NCBI RefSeq assembly: GCF_964355755.1
Contig: NC_092674.1
Span: forward strand, 20,274,001 to 20,338,000
DNA length: 64,000 nt
Direction: 5' to 3'
Source of the DNA: Antedon mediterranea
Lineage: Eukaryota > Animalia > Echinodermata
Part shown: piece by piece, positions 25,348 through 39,086 of the stretch
Position numbering within the stretch: position 1 is the stretch's first letter
Layout of the letters: every line of letters starts with the position of its first letter
Translations under genes and position numbers: made by a program
The notes under the pieces: generated by a model
What the model was told of the DNA's origin: nothing
Database searches by the model: none
The model's input: only the letters and a program-made list of their open reading frames with translations

Positions 25348-28300
25348 ACTTGACTTGACTTGACTAATAGTCATTATTAAACAAAATTATCGCAATTACA
25401 AAATATATGTAAATGTAAACATAAAGTTAAAAAAAAATTAGTCTTATTGCAAGGATATAGTATATACATTATTACTTAATTACAGTATAAAAATATAATC
25501 TTAAATTTAAGTTGCAGTATTTACATTGGTTTCTTAATTAAAGTCGACTTCAGACAAATAGATAATTACAATTATACATTTACAAAAACATTAAATACAA
25601 AATTAAATGAGAATTAAAAATAAATTGAGTCAAATTCAAGAAATTTCTACTAGGCCTATATGTCAAATTAATTAATGTCTGGTTACATTATACATTTATT
25701 TTCTTTTTTTATTTAATCAATAATGTTGAGGCAGCGAGTGAGAAACGGGATTGCACTGTTTCCATATCTATTTGTCTTATTTTTGGGGACCTGGTATGTA
25801 TTACTTTTCCGTAAGGCCATATTATGCGTACTCATATTTCTCGGAAACCACTCAGCATATCTATACGCATTAGCACATTTCTTTGCAAATTCAATGCAAA
25901 GTTGGTAACGTCTCTCAGTCATGGTATGGAGTCCCAACTGCTTCAGTGATTCCATGTATGATACGTAATCCGCACCCACGATAATGCGGCATGCTCTCTT
26001 TTGGATTCGCTCCAATTGGTAGGTCTGTTCCTTGGTTATACTGCTATGCCAAACCGGGACAGCGTACTCACTTATTGGGCGAACATAACACGTATACACG
26101 GAGATCAAATCTTCAGTCGGGACACCAAACCGTTTGAGACGTGATAGCATGTATAGTCGTCGACTACTTTTACTAATAATATCATTAAGGTGGGACTGCC
26201 AGCCAAGATTGGACTGGACAGTCAAGCCCAGAAGCCTGGTCTCAGACACCACCTCGAGCTCCACCCCAGCGATTTGAAGGTGAGGAGGGTTAGGCGGTTC
26301 CTTCATAAAACAAACCTGCATAGCCTTGCACTTACTGGGGTTGAGCTCGAGACGGTTGTCCGTTGCCCAAGCATCCAGATCCTGAACATCCACTCCAATC
26401 TGGCTGGGTTGATTTGCGGGACGAACTTCTACAAGGCTGAGGTCCTCAACATACTTAAAGCTTTCAGCCAGAGACTCCTCAGAGGCATTATTGATAACTA
26501 CCATGAAGATTATGGGGCCTAGCTTGGTGCCTTGTGGGACACCACAGGAAAGCGTCTCCCACCGTGACAAGGCAGAGTGGTATTGCACTCGTTGGCGACG
26601 AGATGTAAGGAAGTTTGTTATCCATGGCAGTAACTCGCTTCTGACACCAAGCTCGAAGAGTCTCTGAATAGCTAAAGTATGATCGATACAGTCAAACTCC
26701 TTGGAGAAGTCCGTCACAATAAGGGTGCCAACATTCTTACCCTTGTCTGTACCTTTAAAAAACAAATCAAGTATTTCAACAAGACAATGGGCAGTGGATG
26801 ATCCTTTTATGCCACCATATTGGTTACGATCAATTTCTTTACCTATATCTTCCATAACCCAGTTGGAAACAAATCCCTCGCATACCTTCGCAAGAATCGA
26901 TGTCAAAGATATTGGTCTTAATTTAGAGATTGAGGCAGGGGTAGTCTTTGGGATAGGGGAAATTGTGGCATCCTTCCACATTTTAGGAACAATTCCCTCT
27001 TTTAGAGATGAGTTAAATAAGTCACAAACGGGAACGATAAACTCGCACGCGAACTCTTTAAGAAGTCTCCCAGGGAGGCCGTCGGGTACAGCCGCTTTCT
27101 TACTTTTCAAATTTTTCAAGTTATTGTACATTTCCCACACTTCAATCTTAGGTGGAGCATTTGCAGGTAGAAAGGTAGGTAATCGTTTTAAGTTGATTGG
27201 GGGTCTACCTTGGGTGACAGAAGCAAATTCATTACTTATAGCTTCTGCTATTGCTTTGTTATCATCCGGTTGGACTCCTGGGACAGTAATAATGGCTCGC
27301 AGTTGGCATTTGTTTGTTATTAGTTGAATACTTTTGTGCCAGCCAGACGGGTCACTTGACTTAAGATTTTGAATGCGATCTCTGTAATGGAATTTCTTTG
27401 CCTGATCTATGATTCGTATAACTTTGTTGCGCAAGAAACGCCAGAGAAACATCTTTTTCTCAGCAAAAGCAATCTGTCGTTTTCTAATTAAGTCTTTTAT
27501 CTCAGTAGAGATCCATGGTTTGTCCTGAGAATGAGAATTAATTTAGTAGGGAAGTGATTGTCAATTGCATCCTGAACGGTAGTGTAAAATGCATCAGCCT
27601 TATCAGATGTAGAGGATGCATCAAGAACTTCATACCAAGGATGATTGGTTATCCATCTTCCAAACTCATAAATACAATGTTTACGTAATGGCCTAACTAA
27701 TCGTTTAATTTGTTTACCCGTTTTACTACATCCGATTGGTGGCAGGTAGATGGTATTATGATCGCTTCTTCCAATCGGAGAGCATACAATAGGCTTCTTA
27801 TAATAGTTCTTTAAATTAGTAATTACCAAATCTAATATGGCATCACCCCGGGTAGGCTCGTCTATAATCTGCTTCAACGAGTGAGCTCTACATAGCGGAT
27901 TTATATTTAGTCTGTTAAAGTCGCCTAAAACCAGAACGCCTGCTTCTGGGTGGGCAGCTTTTAAAGTATCCAAAGATGTTATAATATGTTCAATCAACAC
28001 CTCTTTAAATTCTGAGTTTGGAGGAATATATACTGCACAAATGAAAATTGCTGACACGACGCGTGGTAGACGATGAGGACGTACTCGAAGCCATATGCAT
28101 TCCAATTCATCTGGGACAATGATGTTATTTAATGTACTTACAGGTAGGTTGTCCTTGACATAAACGGCAACTCCACCCCCACGCTTTCCACTTCTCGTCG
28201 TAGTAAAAACATTAAACCCGCTTACTGCTATATAGTTATTATCAACCTTATCTGATTGCCAGGTTTCGGTAATAACAGCGATATCGGTGGTACTGATATC

Positions 28301-28960
28301 AGTTTGTTTCAACAATATTTCAAGTTCTTCGGGTTTGTTCAATAAAGATCGGGCATTAGTAAGGAACACACCTGGAAGAAACTTAGCAGTGCATTTTGCT
28401 GTTAATTGTGCAGGTAAAACGTATGCGAGTACAGGGGGTGGGCGAATATGACGGATGGATGGAACTGCTGGTCTGTTTCTAACAATTACCTGTATCGGGC
28501 GTTTGATTTTCCGACCACCCCGTCTACCTCTACGAAATGCGGTTTTAAGTATACCAAGATCATCAAGCTTGTGCTTTATACTAGATGAAAGTTTAGCACC
28601 CTTAAGCGCAAGTGACTTCAACGTATTAGCATCGTATACATACCGCGTTCGAGTGTAGGGCAGCTTCACAAGTGTAGAAAACAATAGTCTCATACATTCA
28701 GCTATGTACCACCTGTTGATTCCGTTCGCTACGTACCACCACTGCTGTGGGGCGTTGGGCCTAGGCAATTCTGTATCACTCATGTTAATAAATTCGTTAC
28801 AAAAATCGTGCAAATGTCTACAGGTCTTATCGGAAATCAGTAATAATAAGCTGCATTCATAATACATACGATCACGGAAAAATATCACTAGGAATGAACA
28901 AAAACTGAACAAAATAACAAGACAAGAAAAGTGTGACTGCTACCAAGCGCCACCAGCAAA
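25348..28960 (-). mobile_element. Non-LTR retrotransposon (LINE, CR1/L2-group-like), near full-length
   Basis: APE endonuclease and RT ORFs on the minus strand; AT-rich 3' UTR ending in (AGTCA)n at 25348-25365; 5' limit approximate; no TSD found. Confidence 0.85.
25713..28912 (-). pseudogene. LINE EN-RT polyprotein, split by one frameshift near 27535
   Basis: EN motifs NARSL, ITETW, GGGV, GDFN, PTR..LDL, SDH (27497-28912). RT motifs LRPISLT, DFSKEFD, GVPQG, YVED (25713-27452). Shifting frame restores HSQDKPWISTEIKDLIRKRQ between the two ORFs. Confidence 0.9.
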
Positions 28961-29560
28961 ACAATATAAGTTTTAAATCAGCGCTTCTAAAAAACAATAA
29001 AATACAGGCATATATTTAATTCATTGCATAGGTAACTATTAAACAGTACTTAAAAAACAGGATTTATAAAAACATTACTCAAAACGATTAACTTATAAAT
29101 AATAAGAATAAGAGAGTTATCTCATGTGCACAGAAACATTTGGTTCACAATTATTATTAACTCTTTGTGCCCTCTAATGAATCTTTTTATTTACATTTCT
29201 AAAATATTTAGAATGTGTAATTATTAAAGTTCCACAATCTTGAATCCAGTACTATTTGCAAAATTATTTTAAATTACAATGAATGAAAAACATTTCTTTA
29301 GATTACACTATGCAGATTGAAAGTAGGCCTACTGAATAATCATAATCATTTAGGAAAGTAGTAAACAGAGCAATGAACGAAATACTGAAATTGCTGAAGA
29401 TTTTATTTTAAAATGGCAAATTAAAGTGTCCAAGAAGATATAAGCTGGATTTATCAAATACAGTAAATGTATGTGCATACGTAGGCTATTAGGTAACTTA
29501 TGATGAAAATGAAAAATTGCTTAAAAACATTAAACCATGTCATTCCTTGTCTTAAATGTA

Positions 29561-31628
29561 CGTTTTATGATAAATTATGATAAAAAGTGAAAAACGATGC
29601 ACTACCTAAGTAGCTCACGGCGACTGACCTCTTGTGGACGGTCTTTAGGCCTAGCCTAGCTAGACTTAGTTTTGTAGGCCTAGCTGGTAAACATCGGTAA
29701 CGTACGAACATCGTACGCTAGCTATATACATAGCCTGACGTTGTATAGTTGCTGCATTAATTGTCTTTCTATTTTTGCCAGACTCCGTTGATACAAATTG
29801 GGGAAAACCCGGTATTTTCGCAGAAAAGTTAGGAGTCTTCCATTTGTTTTGGCCTCGCGATCGATCGAAAAGTGGGTTAATTACAGAAGAAAAGCAGAAA
29901 TATCAATCCGCGCGCAATGCATTTTGGAATTTATAGTGGGCCGCTATAATTATTAGAATCGACTCATTTTTCACATTTTTAACCATTTAAAGACGAAAAA
30001 AGTTATCGCAATAGGACCATATAGTATTATTTTTACATTAAATATACTTTTTGATCTTAAAATAGATCTAAAAAACGTAGGGAAGGTGTCTTTAAGTTAG
30101 CCTAATTGTTTTATTAAGGCTCTTTATGTTGACTTTTTTTCTTTTTTTCACACCATATTTTTTTCCTTATATTTGTTATGTCAATTCATGGGTTTGAAAC
30201 ACTCGAACAATTGGGAACAATCGCACCCGTTTTTTCTTCTTGTGTACGTCGTTTTATGGTAAATTATGATAAAAAGTGAAAAACAATGCACTACCTAAGT
30301 AGCTCACGGCGACTGACCTCTCGTGGACGGTCTTTAGGCCTAGTCTAGCTAGACTTAGTTTTGTAGGCCTAGCTGGTAAACATCGGTAACGTACGAACAT
30401 CGTACGCTAGCTATATACATAGCCTGACGTTGTATAGTTGCTGCATTAATTGTCTTTCTATTTTTGCCAGACTCCGTTGATACAAATTGGGGAAAACCCG
30501 GTATTTTCGCAGAAAAGTTAGGAGTCTTCCATTTGTTTTGGCCTCGCGATCGATCGAAAAGTGGGTTAATTACAGAAGAAAAGCAGAAATATCAATCCGC
30601 GCGCAATGCATTTTGGAATTTATAGTGGGCCGCTATAATTATTAGAATCGACTCATTTTTCACATTTTTAACCATTTAAAGACGAAAAAATTTATCGCAA
30701 TAGGACCATATAGTATTATTTTTACATTAAATATACTTTTTGATCTTAAAATAGATCTAAAAAACGTAGGGAAGGTGTCTTTAAGTTAGCCTAATTGTTT
30801 TATTAAGGCTCTTTATGTTGACTTTTTTTCTTTTTTTCACACCATATTTTTTTCCTTATATTTGTTATGCCAATTCATGGGTTTGAAACACTCGAACAAT
30901 TGGGAACAATCGCACCCGTTTTTTCTTCTTGTGTACGTCGTTTTATGGTAAATTATGATAAAAAGTGAAAAACAATGCACTACCTAAGTAGCTCACGGCG
31001 ACTGACCTCTCGTGGACGGTCTTTAGGCCTAGTCTAGCTAGACTTAGTTTTGTAGGCCTAGCTGGTAAACATCGGTAACGTACGAACATCGTACGCTAGC
31101 TATATACATAGCCTGACGTTGTATAGTTGCTGCATTAATTGTCTTTCTATTTTTGCCAGACTCTGTTGATACAAATTGGGGAAAACCCGGTATTTTCGCA
31201 GAAAAGTTAGGAGTCTTCCATTTGTTTTGGCCTCGCGATCGATCGAAAAGTGGGTTAATTACAGAAGAAAAGCAGAAATATCAATCCGCGCGCAATGCAT
31301 TTTGGAATTTATAGCGGGCCGCTATAATTATTAGAATCGACTCATTTTTCACATTTTTAACCATTTAAAGACGAAAAAATTTATCGCAATAGGACCATAT
31401 AGTATTATTTTTACATTAAATATACTTTGTGATCTTAAAATAGATCTAAAAAACGTAGGGAAGGTGTCTTTAAGTTAGCCTAATTGTTTTATTAAGGCTC
31501 TTTATGTTGACTTTTTTTCTTTTTTTCACACCATATTTTTTTCCTTATATTTGTTATGTCAATTCATGGGTTTGAAACACTCGAACAATTGGGAACAATC
31601 GCACCCGTTTTTTCTTCTTGTGTACGTC
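29561..31628. repeat. Tandem triplication, 689-bp unit
   Basis: aaattatgataaaaagtg recurs at 29572, 30261 and 30950. Unit = right part of the Kolobok-like element plus ~155 bp of flank; copies near-identical. Confidence 0.92.
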
Positions 31629-33406
31629 TTTTAAACACGGTTGACCTTGCCCATGACGTTGTTAGTACTTGTTCCACTTATGTAGGCCTAACTTGTTGGT
31701 AACGTTACTGTCACTGGATCTGCATTTTGTTGTTTTGAAATTTCACCTTCCTTAGTTAGGTTTTGTGAAGATCTATTTCCTATACTGATTTGTAAAGCCT
31801 GTTTTGCCAATTCATCAATTTCGTCTAAAGGATTGCAAGTCTTGTGTCTGTTCCCACATCTCAAGGTATGTTTTGTCACTAAAGCCAAACTGGCCGTATA
31901 TGCAGTAGTCTATATTCTTCTAGATGAAAACATTTCGGCATACTCATAAAGAATATCTTTGTTGAGCCAGCCATCCCGAATTTCTACTTTGCGTCTTTTC
32001 CTTTGAATTTTTGTCACTAAGACTAAAACATTCATAAATAATTAATATTAAAAATGTCAGTCAATATTCAAAAACAGAATCATACCAGAATTCATGCCAG
32101 GAAAGTAACCAACTAATTCAATAGCCTACTGTTTCACTCCATTTATAAACAGTATGTTAACTATTTGTTTTGTATGATTATTTGTACCACTTACTATTAC
32201 TTATTATTACTTACAACATCATTCTCTAAAAGCCATTTGACCTCTTTGTTGCAATTCCCAAATGAAATGACCTGTTCTCCAAGGCATTGAATTCTGGATG
32301 GGTTAATAATAATATTTATCTTGATTGTTGTAGTAACAGTTTGAAACAACCAAAGTTTTCTTTGACTTTGCACATTCCATGCTTCACGTGTACAGGGCAG
32401 AGTACATTGCTATTGATTGGCCTAGATAATTTTTATTATGGACACGCAATTTTTAAATCATTTTCGTTTATTGAATTACCTTAGGGCTACAGTAGGCCTA
32501 TTTAGAATTGAAAATTACTAAAATTTAGAATGATCCAAATTTATGGAAATCGAAAATGTGATATGCCATATGAAAAAAAATTAGTTTAAACAAAATATTT
32601 CTGGTAGGCCTACTGATAGTGTATTGCACAATTCTTACCTGAAACACATTAACTTGTAGCCAGCCTACTTTGATGGCTGAGATCTTTAATTGTATTGGAT
32701 CGACATAGAATACTTGCAGGTTACTTATCTTTGATTGCCCGTATATACAGCTAAACTGCTTCATTACTTTTAAAAATACATTAAATTTCATAAAAGTTAT
32801 ATTAGACTTACTTGTGTATATCTCTATTATTAATTAGTAGACCTATAACAAAGTGGGCCTTTTCAATTAAAAAAAATGAATGGATTTTTTATTTTTTATT
32901 TTATTATTAGAAATAAATATGTTTTTTCTTATTGTATTGGCATAGAATAATTATACTATATTCATTGGATTGGATGGTGTTTGGTAGGTAGCTAGCCTAG
33001 CTAAACTGGCACAGGAGAACACAATTTGACTTTAAGTAATACGCATAACAGCCCTAACTTGTACTATTCTATCTAGTCGTGCAGGAATGTCCCTTTTGTT
33101 TGTTTTTTAAAAATTCTATTTCTTTCTATTTTCTAAATATTCGATAAACTTTACCAAATTGTACTATAAAAGCACGCCTTCTTGACAGGCAGTACACACG
33201 TGTGTTACCGATACTCAACAAAAACAATGTTTTGATGAAGATACCCCGCCTACTCATTACCATAAAAACGTAAACCAACGTAAACCAATCACACTTCATT
33301 TATTGTAGACTAATGGAGTTATTGTAGACAATATTGACCAACTATAGACTTTTGTCGACATTGTCCAATCAGAGGACAATTGCTGTAGACTCTAAACTGC
33401 ACCTGC

Positions 33407-33450
33407 ATGTGGGGTAAAAGTTATGGTAGAGCGGGGGACTGCGTTTGCGC
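33407..33450 (+). pseudogene. U1 snRNA 3' fragment
   Basis: atgtgggg..ttatggtagagcgggggactgcgtttgcgc matches the 3' end of the U1 at 2961; the downstream flank also aligns with 3126-3155. Confidence 0.7.
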
Positions 33451-35330
33451 AATAATGAAGATAAAATTAGAATTTAGTGTAAATATTGGAATAAAAGCAG
33501 AATAAACTTCACGCCCGCTCGAATAAACTACCCCATAGAATATCGTTTGGAAACTATATTTCTATTTTTAACTAGAATTCATTGACTTTATGATCTACAA
33601 TTTACCAAGCGTTTAGAATGTAAAATATTTCTTCATGCGACAAAAGTATAGGTCGGTACTAGACGGCCTTACAATTATGTACTCCGGGTACAAACGAACA
33701 TTTGAAGGTTATATAATTTATATACATATATTTATAGGTTATGTAATCACTTAACTGTGTTCGTATATATTTTTAATCCACACTGGAAATTTTAAGAATG
33801 AATTAAATGTGCTTCATCCTCAACAAGGAAGTAAGCAACAAAATTAATACCAGCCGATCAATGATCAATGAACTCAGTCGACGTCGAACCATCGTCGACG
33901 AATACGTAATTCATTTGTGAACTCGAACTGTATACAATTGAACTCCACAATGGGAATTTAAAGAATGAAAGTTTAATGTGATTCATCCTAGATCTCTCAT
34001 CGACAAGGAAGTACGCAACATTATCTACCAGCCGATCAAGTGTTGGATCAGTATAGGATCACACACATCACGGGCGACGGATGCATATTAATTCATTTGT
34101 AAAATCAAACGTAGGTATTCTATACTCATCTTTTATCTATTATTCTATATTGATATTAAAAAGGATTCAATCATGTAAGTTAGGATACTAGTAAAATTCA
34201 TATATATACAGGGGATCTATTCTAGTCTGATTGTTTCCAGAAGTTCTAGTTTTACAATTATTAGAGATACTACTTTTAGATAAAAATAACTAATCAACAT
34301 AACCGATACAATATCTTTTGACTTAGTTGCCAGAAAGGGCAATAAGAAAGCAACGAGTTTTTACAGTCCCGGTATTTATCCTAGCTTCACATACAAAAAT
34401 AAAATGTGACACACCGGAAACTCAAATAACTTCTTTAACAGGTTTAACGTTGTCATGTCACGTTTTATGAAATGATTCCTCATAAAGGTTCGGGTCTATA
34501 ATAATAGAAAACAAAAAGAAAATAAAGCAAATAAACAAAAAGGAAGAAAGCAAATACCAATTTGCATACCATCTGAATGAGGTGTGATGCTCAAATGTTG
34601 ATCTCCTCATCATATGTAAGCATTTAAAAAAGAAATCTCAGTTTGCAATTTATTTCACATTGGGATATTTTTCTAGCTAGATTGTCTAGCCTAAATTGTT
34701 TTTTTGCTATTAAATAATCAATATTGTTGTATCAATGTAACAGTTAAAGATGTATTGTCCCTTTGACTAATTCCAAAAAAATAAAAATAAAGAGATTTCA
34801 AAAAAGGTGGGTCATTTTGAAGTATCATAATAGTTATTAACTTTCACCAAAAAATTAGTCAAAAAAAAAATCATTTAGCTGAAATACAGACGTTTTTTTG
34901 TTCAAAAAATAACTTTGACTTCCAGTCAAAGTTTTTGATCAAAACATGTCCCATAATGCAACGCGCTTGTTTTGCTACTCTGTATGCATAATAATAAAAA
35001 CTTCCTCGTGATCTGTGTGAAAACACTTTCTTAACAGTGACGAGTTGTAAACAATCATAATTAGCATCATGCTTAATGCATACTCGTGGTTTGAAATCTT
35101 TGTTTACTTTCGCTCGCGACGATTTTCCCGACGAAATGTAATCAAATTAATTTACCTGTTAATACGTAAACTTTTTGTTTTTGGGTCGAATTTTTTGTGT
35201 TTCAAGGGACAATACATCTTTAAGACGACAGCGACAAAAATAACGAAATGATTATAATTCTTATTTTTTTTTTATATAATAATACAAAATCAATTAATGG
35301 TACACAGATGTTCCATTCTTCACGTTAAAG

Positions 35331-37307
35331 ATGTCAAGCTACTTGAGGTTGTTCTTGTTGGTTTTCAATTTGGTTGTAATTGTTAATGGCTACCGAAACT
35401 CGACTTTACAAGAATGTTATGAATATAATCCTTTTTATATTAATGGAACCCGAAATGAAAGTGAGCTACGATGTCCTGATCGATGTAACTGTAAATATTG
35501 TAAAGAATGGAATGGAAATGAACTGTATTATGGACACAAAGTTTACTGCAACAGTCTAGAACTAACAAACATTCCACTAAAGAATACAGTACCAACTGAT
35601 GCTTTTTATTATAGCCTTAAAAATAACCTAATCACATCATTACAGGACAATTCTTTCTCTACAAGTTCTACTTTAGAATATCTTCGTTTGGATGCTAACC
35701 ATTTAACATACACTAGTATTGGAAAGAATGCTTTTCGTGGTTTAAAGAAACTTAAAAATTTCTCATTGAGCGAAAACAAATATCTAAATCAACTTTTGGC
35801 TTTATGGTTTGTAGACTTAATTTCCCTAGAAAAACTGCAAGCAAGGAATTCTGGATTATCAACGATAGAAAGCAACATTTTCCAGAACTGTAAACAACTG
35901 AAAGAAGTACACATTACAACTAATAATATTGTATCGCTTCCAGCAAATACTTTTCAAAATCTTCCCTTGCTCAATTACATATATATGGGTAATAATAAAC
36001 TTCCTTACATTCCAAATCAAGCATTTAAAGGTTCTGACAACATTTTGAAAATTGCTGTAAATGATAATCTTCTATCTTCTATTTCGGAAGATGTTGGTAT
36101 ACAAATGCTAAACAAGTTGCAGATACTTAATGTGATATACAACAAGTTCTCCTGTGATTGTGAGATGGTTTGGTTTAGAAACTGGATTCAAGTGACAAAT
36201 GTCACAATTGCAAAGCTGAATAACACAAAATGCAAAGATGACACGAATCGCTACAAAAACTTATTAGATTTTGACCCAACAAGTATTGAGTGCCGAAAAC
36301 TTGTCATGATTTTGAAGATTGTTATACCTTTCGCATCCATTGGTGTTATAATGGTCATCATTATAATTCTTCTATATAACTTCAGATATGATATAAGGTA
36401 ATGTATTAATTTATTTTATCCATTATCAAACTAAATAAGCCTCCTTGGTGACATTTACTGTATTTTGTTTTGTGTATGAGTAATTATATGCATGGCATTT
36501 ATAAGAATGCTACGAATATTCACAGTGATCGTTTGGAAACTAGATAGAATGGACTCGGGGCCACACACAATTTTGTATTTAGTTTCAAGAAGATCCGGAT
36601 GAAGAGGAACATACATTTTTAAATGTTATTGAAAATTACGTGAATTCCTTTTTTTATTAAAAAAAACACTGTGACGCGAAACGCGCTATAAACCATTTTC
36701 TAATCCAAAGTAAATCAGAAGAGATTCACTTCACGGTGATTAACTATTTCAATTTCAATTCAGGTTCTGGATTCAACGAAGACGTCTTCGTAAGCAGTAT
36801 GAAACGCTACAAAATCAAGGACCTCCTCCAATCAACGGAGACGACATACGATATGACGCCTTTGTATCTTATAACAGCAAAGACCAGGACTGGGTTCTTA
36901 AATGTTTGCAGCCATCGTTAGAGGACCGAAATTACAAACTCTGTATCGACTATCGAGATTTCTTGCCAGGAGAAGCAGTTGTTAACAACATATCAAATGC
37001 TGTAAAATATAGCCGGAAAGTAATAGTTGTGGTTTCTAGAAATTTTGCAAAGAGTGAGTGGTGCTACTTTGAGCTGGAGATGGCACGTATGCGCATGTTT
37101 GAAAACCACGAAGACATTCTAGTTGTGGTGTTACTGGAGAAGGTGCCATCTAAACACATGCCGATACTTTTGCATAAGATCCTGACCAAGAAAACGTATA
37201 TAGAGTGGAATAATCACCCAGAAGGACAGGCGTTGTTTTGGAATAAGGTTGAAACAGCGTTACTATCACCTAATTGTCATAGAGAAAGAGTAGTGAATCT
37301 AAATTGA
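35331..37307 (+). CDS. Short Toll-like receptor A (~536 aa; exons 35331-36397, 36764-37307)
   Basis: Signal peptide, LRR-NT (CPDRCNC..VYC), ~8 LRRs, LRR-CT (NKFSCDC), TM helix, phase-2 GT-AG intron, TIR with YDAFVSY, LCIDYRDFLPG, S..WC..EL and FW boxes; spliced frame is open. Confidence 0.93.
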
Positions 37308-39086
37308 ATACTATAGAAAAGTAGAATTGTTGCTTTAGCAACGCCTTATTTGATATAGGAAATGGTCAATACTGTAGGTATTATTATAGTTATAATTATG
37401 GAACTACTAGAAATGTCTAAAGTATAAATATAAATATAATTAAGATCTGAATACGGCAGAATTATTTGTTTTTTAACCTAATTAAGTGATTACACCAGAT
37501 CATTTGAAGCTTAGATTTCAAAATGTGGTCCTTTTTAATAAGGTCGAAATGGCGTTACAGTCACGTCATTATAGAAAATTAGTAGTGAAAATCATCTAAT
37601 GAAATCGTTGCTTTAAGATTCATCTAACTTTCAAACGTACATACGTCGTATCAGATTAAAAACATTACACTTTGAATTGTCATACAAAATACTCTGCACT
37701 TGTAGTAGTTTTAAGTAGTTTATACAAACAACAACAATAATAATAATAATAATAATCAAAATGTAATAATACTATAGAAAAGTTGAAATGTTACATAGTT
37801 TGTCAACGCCTTAGTTGATAGGAATGTTATCGTTATACTTATGAAACTATTAGTTGAATTATATTTGAATACGACATAATTACTTGGTTATTTAAAGCTA
37901 ATTAAGCGATTACACCAGATAATTTGAAGCTTGGGTTTGGAAATTACTTATTCTTGAAAGAATATTATTTCACTTAAGCGACCAAGAGTACATTTTTGAT
38001 GAATATATTTTTAACATTTTCCAAAAATAATTCAATATAATTCTGTACATAAAATTACATTTCAAAATAAAATTGAACTCAATGGTTTAAGAAAAGAGTG
38101 CCAAAATTACTGAATCATTTTAATGTTAGTATCGAAAAACACATTCTGACAAACTGCAACGGATGAACCGATTTGTAGAAACAAATATCGACGCAGCATA
38201 CCAGACAAGATCTACAAGCCCCTGATCTAGTACTCTACAGCATACAATTTGTATTCTACGCTTGTGTGTTAAAAGGCGTAGCGGAAATTGGATTCCGAAA
38301 AGCAAATTCAAAGATCGAAAGTGTAATATTGAGATTTAGGTAATACCGATGTTACCAACAAGGAAGTACTCGGCAAAATTATAACTACCAGGGGTTCCAC
38401 AGGGTTACAGTACACAACGCCGCACAATTCATATACTGTACAATCAAACGTAGGTATATTCTTTTTTGTCTTATTTATTTAAGAATATTATGGTAAGATA
38501 CTAAAATTCATAGTTAATACATTCTAGGATGGTTACATAGGACTTGTTAAGGCCTGGAGGTAGGCTTGAAAAAATTCCGTATTTACAATATATGACTCAT
38601 GGAGACACTGTTGGATGAAAAGCAATATGGTAAACAGTCATAAAAATAGCACGCTTACCATAACTCTAGTAGCTAGATCAACTTTCGTATGCACTTTGAG
38701 GTCCAGAGAATTTGACTTCAGAAATTGGTTTAGGATGGTCAAACAATCATTTTTGGCTTGGTTACACATTTTGAAAATGTGGCGAAAGGTCAAAAGGTCA
38801 GGTGAAAGGTTAAAATATCAAACACCAATAGGTCTCTAAATCTCGACAACCATTGGTAACAGCAAGGTGATTTTGGTCTCAGCAACCACTGGGACATTTT
38901 AGTGAAAAATGATAAAAAGTGCCATTTCTGACCTTTGAACCATTTGGTATCAAATTGTTGGAAATATACATATTTACATTCATTCTAACAGAACAAAAAA
39001 CATACCTCTACACATCTTATTCTTATAAAAATGTTATGCAATAACTGATGCTTTAAATGTTTTCATCTATATATAAATTTACGTAA

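Noticed and set aside
25723-28658. Plus-strand ORFs of 61-208 aa
   Set aside because: Antisense shadows of the LINE ORF.
36736-36921. 61-aa ORF between the LRR and TIR ORFs, or separate LRR and TIR genes
   Set aside because: Wrong frame; a GT-AG intron joins LRR-TM and TIR into one TLR.
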